Shown here: positions 56,687 through 64,000 of the stretch, one piece after another
Layout of the letters: the number at the start of each line of letters is the position of its first letter
Numbering within the stretch: position 1 is the first letter of the stretch
From: Candidatus Woesearchaeota archaeon
GTDB lineage: Archaea > Nanobdellota > Nanobdellia > Woesearchaeales > GW2011-AR4
Length of the DNA: 64,000 nt
Assembly: GCA_016180235.1 (NCBI GenBank)
Contig: JACPBQ010000004.1
Coordinates: 371,352 to 435,351 of the forward strand
Direction: 5' to 3'
The notes under the pieces: model-generated
The model's database searches: none
Told to the model about the DNA's origin: nothing
Seen by the model: the letters and a program-made list of their open reading frames with translations, nothing else
Position numbers and translations under genes: made by a program

Positions 56687-57304
56687 TTATTCTACCCACC
56701 TAAGTATCTCAAATGCTTCAGCATATTCTTCATTTGCCGAATGGCCGCGTATTTTTGCGACGCTTTTTAGCATCTCCGGGCTCCTCATTGCCCTTACCTC
56801 TGATTTATAGCATGAGTATGCCTTTAACTTGCGATTCATGTCAACCGGGACAAAATAATTCAGCTTGAGGGGAAAAGGGTTCCAAATGGACTGATGGAAT
56901 GTCTCAAATATCAACACTTTTTTCACAAAGAAATTTGTGTCATGCGGCCTTAAAGCAACCAGCGCAGCATTATAAACAGCCCTGTGGTCCTGGTTGTAAT
57001 CTGGGCAGGGTATGAAAACGCGCTCCGGCCTGAGCTTGTTTATGAGCTTTTCAAAAATAGGGATCAATTCCTGCGCTTTGTAGGAATTTACCTTGCTTTC
57101 CCTGTTATAATCCCATTTTATGCCAAGGAATGATGCTGCCGCTTCCAGCTCCTTTAATCTTTGGTTTACAGGCAGCTGGCCTGCGGCCATATTGCTCTCG
57201 TCAACCCCGCAATAATACACAAATGAATCCTCATTTAATACGCTGACACAACCCAAAGCTTCATCATCAGCGTGCGGCGAAAAAACCAAATTTTTGCATG
57301 TCAT
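56687..57304 (-). CDS. PIG-L/LmbE-family de-N-acetylase
   Basis: SPHADDEALG (HxDD), QDH, and K..A...Y.SE ... AEAF. Confidence 0.88.
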   Translation of the reverse strand: MTCKNLVFSPHADDEALGCVSVLNEDSFVYYCGVDESNMAAGQLPVNQRLKELEAAASFLGIKWDYNRESKVNSYKAQELIPIFEKLINKLRPERVFIPCPDYNQDHRAVYNAALVALRPHDTNFFVKKVLIFETFHQSIWNPFPLKLNYFVPVDMNRKLKAYSCYKSEVRAMRSPEMLKSVAKIRGHSANEEYAEAFEILRWVE

Positions 57305-57405
57305 AATGACTCATCTAATCAAGTGGTTTCAATAGTGATTATTTAAACTTTTTTATACGGTAACGAAAGCAAATATTATAAAAAGGCCCAGATTAACGCC
57401 TGCCT

Positions 57406-57741
57406 ATGATAACGGGAATTGGTGTTGATATAGAATCTGTTAACCGGTTTAAAGGCCTGTGCAAAGACAAGCATTTTCTCAGCCTCGTATTCACAAAGCG
57501 CGAGAGGGACTATTGCCAAAGAATGAAAGAGCCCCATATAAGCTATGCCGGCAAATTTTGCGCCAAGGAAGCTGTAATGAAAGCAAATTCAAAAAAACTG
57601 GATATCAAAGACATTGAAATCATCAATGCTTCAAATGATAAGCCAGAAGCCTACATCAAAAGAAAAAAGATGAAAAGCGTACACTGCAGCATCTCGCACA
57701 CTAAAACCCATGTGATTGCCTTTGCAGTGATTGAAAAATAA
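57406..57741 (+). CDS. acpS: Holo-ACP synthase (4'-phosphopantetheinyl transferase)
   Basis: GIGVDIE...RF, FT.RE..YC, AGKFCAKEA and SISH....AFA. Confidence 0.92.
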   Translation: MITGIGVDIESVNRFKGLCKDKHFLSLVFTKRERDYCQRMKEPHISYAGKFCAKEAVMKANSKKLDIKDIEIINASNDKPEAYIKRKKMKSVHCSISHTKTHVIAFAVIEK

Positions 57742-57746
57742 GCTAA

Positions 57747-58895
57747 TCATTCTTCCAGCTTTTTCTTCATCTCGTTCAAAAAATCAGCGACATATTTGCC
57801 GTTGCACACCCTATGATCGAAGGCTACAGTGAGATTGAGCTTTTTGCCGTAAGCAGCCTTTCCATCCTCATGCACTGCAGAATCATATTCTGCACCTATG
57901 CCAAGGATTGCAGACTGCCATGCATTAACAATAGGCTCAAACTGGAGTATCCCATGAGACGAAAAATCGCTGATTGTAAAAGTCCCATCCTGCAGATCCC
58001 CCACATGGATCTCTTTTTTGATCAACTGCAGCAGCAACTCCTTTATTTTTGCTGAAAATTTATCGAGCTGCAACCTGTCCGCATTATGTATTACCGGGAC
58101 AAAAAGATCTGTACCGATATTCATGGCATAGCCTATATTCACATCCTTGTACCTGCAGATAAAGCCATTTTCATAATAAGAATTCAATAAGGGATATTTT
58201 AACAAGGCCCTGGCTGCATTATAGGATATGTATTCTCCAAGGCTCAGCATTATCCTTTTTTCTTTTGCATATTCCTCGACTTTTTGCAATAGCTTCCTTG
58301 TTGAAACTGATACTGTCAGGGACGACTGCAGGTATTCTTTGCTGTGGCTGAGGTACTCAATCTCGGTTTTTTTGATGTTATTTACTGCTATCCTCTCGAC
58401 ATTTCCACGCCGGGACTTTTGAACATTCTGAATATATTCCTTTACATCATCTTCCTTGATAATTTTACCGCTGCCTGCAAATGCATCTGACAAGTCAATG
58501 CTATGCTCCCTGGCCAGCTTCTTTGCCGAAGGGGTCGCTTTGATTTCATAATTAAACTCATTTTGCCCTCTTGCGGCAGCCTGCTCTGACGGCATTGCTG
58601 TTTTTGAGGTGCCTGCTTTTGAGCTATGTTTTCTATGCAGCTGCGGAATCTTGTCGCCTTTCTGCCCAATATAACCGACTTCGTCAAGAACATTGGCATC
58701 TTCGCCCTCCCTGCAATTCAGCGCCAAGATTTTCCCATCCCCATCCGCTTCAATCACAAAGGTGGCTTTATATGTCTCAATTTCAAATATAGGATCGCCT
58801 TTCTTTACATTGTCACCTTCCTTAAAATTCAATTTACCTATCTTAACCTCTTCAATATTTGCACCCATCTTCGGTATGAATATTACTGTTCCCAT
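57747..58895 (-). CDS. Dihydrolipoamide acyltransferase (E2)-like protein: lipoyl, PSBD and catalytic domains
   Basis: EIETYKA lipoyl-Lys, ATPSAKKLARE...I.EDDV (PSBD), GTFTIS and AFDHRVCNG. Confidence 0.88.
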   Translation of the reverse strand: MGTVIFIPKMGANIEEVKIGKLNFKEGDNVKKGDPIFEIETYKATFVIEADGDGKILALNCREGEDANVLDEVGYIGQKGDKIPQLHRKHSSKAGTSKTAMPSEQAAARGQNEFNYEIKATPSAKKLAREHSIDLSDAFAGSGKIIKEDDVKEYIQNVQKSRRGNVERIAVNNIKKTEIEYLSHSKEYLQSSLTVSVSTRKLLQKVEEYAKEKRIMLSLGEYISYNAARALLKYPLLNSYYENGFICRYKDVNIGYAMNIGTDLFVPVIHNADRLQLDKFSAKIKELLLQLIKKEIHVGDLQDGTFTISDFSSHGILQFEPIVNAWQSAILGIGAEYDSAVHEDGKAAYGKKLNLTVAFDHRVCNGKYVADFLNEMKKKLEE

Positions 58896-58904
58896 TTTTA
58901 TCGC

Positions 58905-59879
58905 TCATTCATTGATTATGCTCCATGCTTCTTTCTCTATCCTTTCCGCAGTCGGAAGCACTTTCCTCTCAAGATCAGGAGCAGATGGAATGGGGACATC
59001 CATGGTGCATACCCTTCTTATAGCCGAGTCCAGCGAGTAAAAGCACTCCTCATTTATCCTTGCAATAATCTCTGCACTTATACCACATTCTGAATACCCT
59101 TCTTCCACGACAAGGACTTTCCCAATCCGCTTAACAGAAGACTTGATTGTCTGCATGTCAAGGGGCTTAATGGTCCGCAGGTCTATAATCTCAATTGAAA
59201 TCCCTTTTTTTTCGAAAGCTTCCGCAACATCCAGGCAGTCCTTAACGCTCTTGCTGTATGTTATAATCAGGAGATCCTTCCCTTGCCTTATGACTTCTGC
59301 CTTTCCCAGCGGGATAAACTCCGGATATCCTTTTTCCTCCTCTTCAATAGCATAAAGGTTCTTATTTTCAATAAAAATCACGGGATTTTTATCCTCTATC
59401 GACGCTTTCAGCAGCCCCTTCACATCAGAATTCCTGTAAGGCGCGACAATTTTTATGCCCGGGATGTGCATAAGCGGGGCGATTATGCTCTTTGAATGTG
59501 TTGCCCCATAGCCCCTTCCGGCGCCGGCAGCAACACGGATAACCAACGGAACATTTACTTCTCCGTGCGTAAGATAACAAAAAATGCTCGCATGGTTAAA
59601 AAGCTGGTCGTAGGCCAATGTCATGAAGTCCATGAACATGATTTCTACAATCGGCTTGAGGCCATTAATTGCTGCCCCAATGCCTAGGCCGACTATTGCC
59701 TGCTCAGACATTGGCGTGTCAATGATCCTTTTTGGGCCATACTTCTCCAACAGGCCCCTGGTCGCGCCAAAACAGCCACCATATTTACCTATATCCTCGC
59801 CAATTATAAAGACCGATGGGTCTTTCTCCAAAGACTCATCAAGAGCTTCTTTTATCAGCTGGGCGTAGTTCTTTTTCAT
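58905..59879 (-). CDS. 2-oxoacid dehydrogenase E1 beta subunit-like
   Basis: GEDIG.YGG.FG, DTPMSE, EIMFMDF, HSKS and EIIDLRTIKPLD. Confidence 0.93.
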   Translation of the reverse strand: MKKNYAQLIKEALDESLEKDPSVFIIGEDIGKYGGCFGATRGLLEKYGPKRIIDTPMSEQAIVGLGIGAAINGLKPIVEIMFMDFMTLAYDQLFNHASIFCYLTHGEVNVPLVIRVAAGAGRGYGATHSKSIIAPLMHIPGIKIVAPYRNSDVKGLLKASIEDKNPVIFIENKNLYAIEEEEKGYPEFIPLGKAEVIRQGKDLLIITYSKSVKDCLDVAEAFEKKGISIEIIDLRTIKPLDMQTIKSSVKRIGKVLVVEEGYSECGISAEIIARINEECFYSLDSAIRRVCTMDVPIPSAPDLERKVLPTAERIEKEAWSIINE

Positions 59880-59880
59880 C

Positions 59881-60825
59881 TTAATCCTTGTATATATTTG
59901 CGCTTACCTCAAAATCTTCACGTTCAGAATTGCGGCTTATAATCTCTTCTGAGAGTGAATCCAATTTTTCCCTGATTTTTCCCTTAATCTTCTGGATTCC
60001 TTCCCCGGTTATTTTTTTTGACACCAACAGCTCTTTTTCGAGGCATGCAAGCGCGTCCTTTTCCATCCAAAATTTTTCCTCTTCTTTATCCCTATACAGA
60101 TTCTGGTCATTCTTTGAGTGGCCGCAGTGCCTGTAGGTCTTCACCTCAATAAAAAACGGCTGTGGTTTTTTGCGTATTTGGGATATAAATTCCTTCGCAA
60201 CAGAATCAAGCTTCCTAAAATCATTCTCATCGACCAGCTCACATTGAATATTGTAGGCCTTTACCTTGCCAATAATCTCGCTGCTATGGCCGACACTTGT
60301 GGGAGTAGACATCGCGTAATGGTTATTTTCACAAACAAAAAGAACAGGCAGATCCATAACCGAGGCAAGATTCAGTGACTCAGAGACGTAGCCTTCATTG
60401 AAACCCCCATCACCAAGGAATGCCACAACAACATTATTGCTGTTCTTGTACTTATTTGCAAACGCAAGGCCGTTTGCAATAGGTATCATTCCCCCGCTAA
60501 CCCCGTTTGCAATAAAGTTCTGCTTTATGGAGCTGACATGCTGGGAGCCCCCCATGCCATGATTATAGCCGGCAGATTTGCCCATAAGTTCAGCCAAAAA
60601 TTTTTTTATATCCAGCCTCTTTGAGATTGCATGTCCATGGCCCCTATGTGTGCTAGTTACAAAATCCTCATCTGTCAAATACTGGGAAATTATTGCAGGA
60701 ATAAACTCCTGGCCTATGCAGAAATGGGCTGTTCCCCCAACCAAGCCGCGCTTAAACAGTTCGCTCAGCTTGTTTTCAAATTCCCTGATGAAGCAGATTT
60801 CCTCGTATATTTTTAAATCGTCCAT
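59881..60825 (-). CDS. 2-oxoacid dehydrogenase E1 alpha subunit-like (TPP)
   Basis: HFCIGQE, STHRGHGH, the GDG...ENN TPP motif and TYRHCGHS. Confidence 0.93.
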   Translation of the reverse strand: MDDLKIYEEICFIREFENKLSELFKRGLVGGTAHFCIGQEFIPAIISQYLTDEDFVTSTHRGHGHAISKRLDIKKFLAELMGKSAGYNHGMGGSQHVSSIKQNFIANGVSGGMIPIANGLAFANKYKNSNNVVVAFLGDGGFNEGYVSESLNLASVMDLPVLFVCENNHYAMSTPTSVGHSSEIIGKVKAYNIQCELVDENDFRKLDSVAKEFISQIRKKPQPFFIEVKTYRHCGHSKNDQNLYRDKEEEKFWMEKDALACLEKELLVSKKITGEGIQKIKGKIREKLDSLSEEIISRNSEREDFEVSANIYKD

Positions 60826-60845
60826 GCCTTAGCAAACGAAAAAAC

Positions 60846-60854
60846 ATTTAAATA
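60846..60854. promoter_or_regulatory. Shared palindromic TATA between E1alpha (-) and ACP (+)
   Basis: atttaaat(a) lies in a 51-bp gap, about 27-30 nt from both start codons. Confidence 0.55.
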
Positions 60855-60876
60855 GGTTTCCTTTTTCTTCAAAGGC

Positions 60877-61107
60877 ATGCAGACGAAGAAACCAAGCAAG
60901 GACGAGCTGATTGTATTTTTTTCAGAATTCTGGAAAATAGACCAGGATGAAGTCACGGATAAACTTGAGCTAAACAGCAAATCACTTCCCGGGTTTGATT
61001 CTCTACGGCTGTTCCAGTTCTTTGCAGCAGTTGAATTCAAATTCAAAGTAAAAATCAAGAAACTGAACAGCATCCGCACTTTCGGCGAACTCTTCAATAA
61101 TATCTGA
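60877..61107 (+). CDS. Acyl carrier protein
   Basis: 76 aa with FDSL (phosphopantetheine Ser) followed by ...VE.KF.V.I....IRTFGEL. Confidence 0.82.
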   Translation: MQTKKPSKDELIVFFSEFWKIDQDEVTDKLELNSKSLPGFDSLRLFQFFAAVEFKFKVKIKKLNSIRTFGELFNNI

Positions 61108-61149
61108 TTCTGAACTACAGGATATCTTATTGGGTTTTTGCCGAAGCAG

Positions 61150-62415
61150 TCATCTTTGGCCTATGCCCCTGTATGCAATACCAATCTTTTTTATCTTTTC
61201 CTTGTTAAGGCAATTCCTTCCGTCAATTACTATCTTGATATTGTTCTCCTTTAATTTTCCGATATCTATATTCCTAAACATAGAGTGGTCCGCAGCCAGA
61301 ATTATATACTCCACTTTTCCGAGCAGCGTGCTTAATTCCTTTACATCGCTTTTTTCCCTGATGTAGGGGTCAAAAACCAGAACTTCTGCCTGTTTCTCTT
61401 TTAGCACTTCTATAACTTTAAGCGCAGGGCTTTCCCTCATGTCATCAACATCTGCCTTGTATGCGAGCCCTAAAACACCGACCTTTGCCCCTTTTATGCC
61501 TTTTTTCAGCTTTTTCAGCTCTTCTTCCAGCAATTGCACCGTGTAGTGAGGCATATTATTGTTTATTTCCCTTGCCAAGCTCAAAAACCTGTGGTTAAAT
61601 CCTATCTGCTTTGCCTTTTCTATCAGGTAATAAGGGTCAACCGGGATGCAGTGGCCACCTACTCCAACGCCGGGGTAATGTGCCATGAACGCAAACGGCT
61701 TTGTAGAAGCCCCTTTGATGATCTCAAGAATATCAATCCCTGCCTTGTCGAAGCTCATGGCCATCTCATTTATGAATGCAATGTTCACATCCCTAAAAGT
61801 ATTTTCCATGATTTTTGCGGCTTCCGCAGCCTTTGCGCTGCTCAGTTTCGTTATATCCGCATCAATAATTTTCTTATAGAATTCATAGGCTTTTTCCGTC
61901 GATTTTTTGTCGATTCCCGCGACTACCCTTGGAAGGTTTTTTACTGTCCACTTTTTATTTCCAGGGACTATCCTTTCAGGGCAGTGGGCAAGATAAAAGA
62001 CAACATCGGACTTTTTCAGTATTGGCAGCACTATTTCTTCCGTTGTTCCCGGGTAAATGGTCGATTCTATAACCACCAGGGTATTTTCTTTAAGATGCCC
62101 GGATATCGATATGCATGCATCCTTTAACGGCTTTAAATCAGGAAGATGCCTGTCATCCACGGGAGTAGGGACGCATACAATAACAACCGAAGAATTTTTT
62201 ATTGCCTGAAAATTATCAGCAGCCTTTATTTTTCCCTTTGACTTTCTCACTTCCTCTATCAAATCGGGATCGTTGATGGGGCTAATTCCTTTGTTAATCT
62301 GATCTACCTTATTTTTGTTTATGTCTATGCCATAAACATCCATGCCTTTTTCAGCGCATAAGCATGCCAACGGCAGCCCTACATAACCCAGCCCAACTAT
62401 AGTTACTGATGCCAT
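61150..62415 (-). CDS. wecC: UDP-N-acetylhexosamine 6-dehydrogenase (WecC/WbpA family)
   Basis: GLGYVGLP, VIESTIYPGTT, CPERI.PG, KIMEN.FRDVNIA, GVGGHCIPVDP and YKADVDD.RESP. Confidence 0.93.
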   Translation of the reverse strand: MASVTIVGLGYVGLPLACLCAEKGMDVYGIDINKNKVDQINKGISPINDPDLIEEVRKSKGKIKAADNFQAIKNSSVVIVCVPTPVDDRHLPDLKPLKDACISISGHLKENTLVVIESTIYPGTTEEIVLPILKKSDVVFYLAHCPERIVPGNKKWTVKNLPRVVAGIDKKSTEKAYEFYKKIIDADITKLSSAKAAEAAKIMENTFRDVNIAFINEMAMSFDKAGIDILEIIKGASTKPFAFMAHYPGVGVGGHCIPVDPYYLIEKAKQIGFNHRFLSLAREINNNMPHYTVQLLEEELKKLKKGIKGAKVGVLGLAYKADVDDMRESPALKVIEVLKEKQAEVLVFDPYIREKSDVKELSTLLGKVEYIILAADHSMFRNIDIGKLKENNIKIVIDGRNCLNKEKIKKIGIAYRGIGQR

Positions 62416-62543
62416 CAGGGCGAAAAGACTCTAGTTTGCTTTATAAATTTTTGCGCTATTATTAAGGGTATGCAAAATGCTTTAGACCATAAAACATTTA
62501 TAAAGGACTGAATAAAACGGATTTTGGGGTTAAAAATCAGCAT

Positions 62544-63602
62544 ATGATAATAAACGGCAAAAACTACAGGACAGTATGGATGAAGAGCAATGTAATCTAT
62601 ACAATAGAGCAAAGGCTATTGCCGCATGAATTTAAGATAGTGGGGCTAAAAACAGCAAAAGAAGCTGCAGATGCTATTAAAGACATGATGATAAGAGGCG
62701 CTCCTGCCATCGGCGCAATGGGAGCCTATGGCCTTGCGCAGGCAATAAGCAATCAGAAGGAAACTAACAGGGAAAAATTCATTGAAAACATCAAAAAAAT
62801 AAAAAAAATGCTGTGGGAAACAAGGCCTACTGCCTATGACCTGACTCATGGGCTGAATTTTGTTTTTGACAGGATTAAGAATCAAAGCTATATCAATAAC
62901 ATAAAGAAAATTGCTGCAGCAGCTGCTGAGGAGTATGCAGACAGAAGCGCGGAGGCATGCAAAAAAATAGGAATTTTTGGGAATAATATCATTAAAAATA
63001 ATTCTAATATACTTACTCATTGCAATGCAGGGGCTTTGGCAACAGTTGATTACGGGACTGCGCTTGCTCCAATCAGATTAGCTTATTACAATAAAAAAAA
63101 CATACATGTTTTTGTGAGCGAAACCCGGCCAAGAAACCAGGGGGCAAAACTGACTGCATGGGAGCTTGCACAGGAAAACATTCCTCATTCTATAATTGCT
63201 GATAGCGCAGCAGGATATTTTATGGCAAAAAAAGAGATAGATTTGGTAATAACAGGAGCAGACAGGATTGCTGCGAATGGCGATGCAGCAAACAAGATAG
63301 GGACTTATGGGAAATCTGTTTTGGCCAAAGAGAACGGAATTCCATTTTACATAGCTGCCCCATTCTCGACAATTGACCCAAACACAAAGACAGGCAATGA
63401 AATACCTATAGAAGAAAGAAGCCAGGAAGAAATCAATTATATTTCAATTATTAGCAATAATAAATTGATGAAAATAAGAATGACTCCGAAAGAAAGCACT
63501 GCAAGAAACCCTGCATTTGATGTGACTCCGGCTAAATACATTACAGGAATAATAACTGAGAAAGGAATCATAAAGCCGAATGAGTTAAGAAATTTGTTAT
63601 AA
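62544..63602 (+). CDS. mtnA: S-methyl-5-thioribose-1-phosphate isomerase
   Basis: IRGAPAIG, RPTA, THCNAGALATVDYGTAL, ETRP..QG, GADRIAANGD.ANKIGTY and NPAFDVTP. Confidence 0.92.
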   Translation: MIINGKNYRTVWMKSNVIYTIEQRLLPHEFKIVGLKTAKEAADAIKDMMIRGAPAIGAMGAYGLAQAISNQKETNREKFIENIKKIKKMLWETRPTAYDLTHGLNFVFDRIKNQSYINNIKKIAAAAAEEYADRSAEACKKIGIFGNNIIKNNSNILTHCNAGALATVDYGTALAPIRLAYYNKKNIHVFVSETRPRNQGAKLTAWELAQENIPHSIIADSAAGYFMAKKEIDLVITGADRIAANGDAANKIGTYGKSVLAKENGIPFYIAAPFSTIDPNTKTGNEIPIEERSQEEINYISIISNNKLMKIRMTPKESTARNPAFDVTPAKYITGIITEKGIIKPNELRNLL

Positions 63603-63605
63603 TTT

Positions 63606-64000
63606 TTATTCTATCCTATCCGGATTGATTATTACCTTTAAAGAATCTTTTGGCTCTGCGACAAGCTTAAAGCCTTTGCCTATATCACCCAAATCCAGCT
63701 TATGCGTTATCAATCCCTTAATATTCATCTTTTTTGCCTGTATGAGCTTTAATGACTCTTCCAGGTCATTCGGAGCAGCGCCGTAAGATGATGTAATTGT
63801 TATCTCATTTCTCCAGAAGTCAAGGCTCGGTACCTCTATATTTTTGTTTGGAATTGCAAAAAATAAAATTGTGCCTTTTTTGTCTATGCAGTTAAAAGCC
63901 TGCCCGGCTGCCTGCAAAGCGCCAGTGCATACTATGACCATGTCTGCCTTAATATCCAAATCATGCTTTTTTGCATCAATCACTTTATCAGCTCCGAATT
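63606..64000 (-). CDS. Zinc-binding (MDR) alcohol dehydrogenase, C-terminal part (5' end beyond the window)
   Basis: The frame stays open to the window edge: FGADKVIDA...ADMVIVCTG...GTILFFA...LITHKL...KVII. Confidence 0.8.
   Translation of the reverse strand, partial: FGADKVIDAKKHDLDIKADMVIVCTGALQAAGQAFNCIDKKGTILFFAIPNKNIEVPSLDFWRNEITITSSYGAAPNDLEESLKLIQAKKMNIKGLITHKLDLGDIGKGFKLVAEPKDSLKVIINPDRIE

Noticed and set aside
62544-63602. Ribose-1,5-bisphosphate isomerase or eIF-2B subunit
   Set aside because: The THCNAGALATVDYGTAL and ETRP..QG motifs fit the MtnA clade better.

Overview
The whole window is a dense, mosaic surface-glycan biosynthesis island of about 63 CDS. I found no rRNA, tRNA, CRISPR array or transposase. 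The host is very probably an archaeon: many transcription units have a TTTA(A/T)AAA/TTTAAATA TATA box about 28-31 nt upstream of an apparently leaderless start codon, and two genes have AGGTGA ribosome-binding sites. A DPANN/Woesearchaeota-like lineage is my inference only. Ordinary content: rfbBA and rfbCD (dTDP-rhamnose), a WbpB/E/D-like trio with WecC- and WecB-like enzymes (di-N-acetylated uronic acids), an AsnB-like amidotransferase, 5 GT2, 4 GT4, 3 multi-pass GT-C-like proteins, 2 flippases, 7 SDR epimerases/reductases, 3 DegT aminotransferases and 8 SAM methyltransferases. Unusual modules: (1) 54.7-61.1 kb, a 2-oxoacid-dehydrogenase-like E1alpha/E1beta/E2 set with no E3, plus ACP, AcpS, a PIG-L de-N-acetylase, an LpxD-like acyltransferase and a GT2, best read as an ACP-dependent sugar N-acyl swapping system; (2) 30.9-38.3 kb, a 2-hydroxyethylphosphonate pathway (PepM, Ppd, Fe-ADH, three nucleotidyltransferase domains) led by an AbrB-like/cytidylyltransferase fusion with a candidate operator, preceded by two Thr-nucleophile sulfatase-fold proteins that are candidate phosphonate transferases; (3) 0-6.8 kb, a 3-C-methyl amino-sugar module with a GT2/GT-C pair; (4) a family of intergenic hairpin repeats with compensatory base changes, and a 153-bp nested palindrome; (5) a low-GC wHTH plus methyltransferase insert. 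All product calls come from motif recognition by eye; no database search was run.
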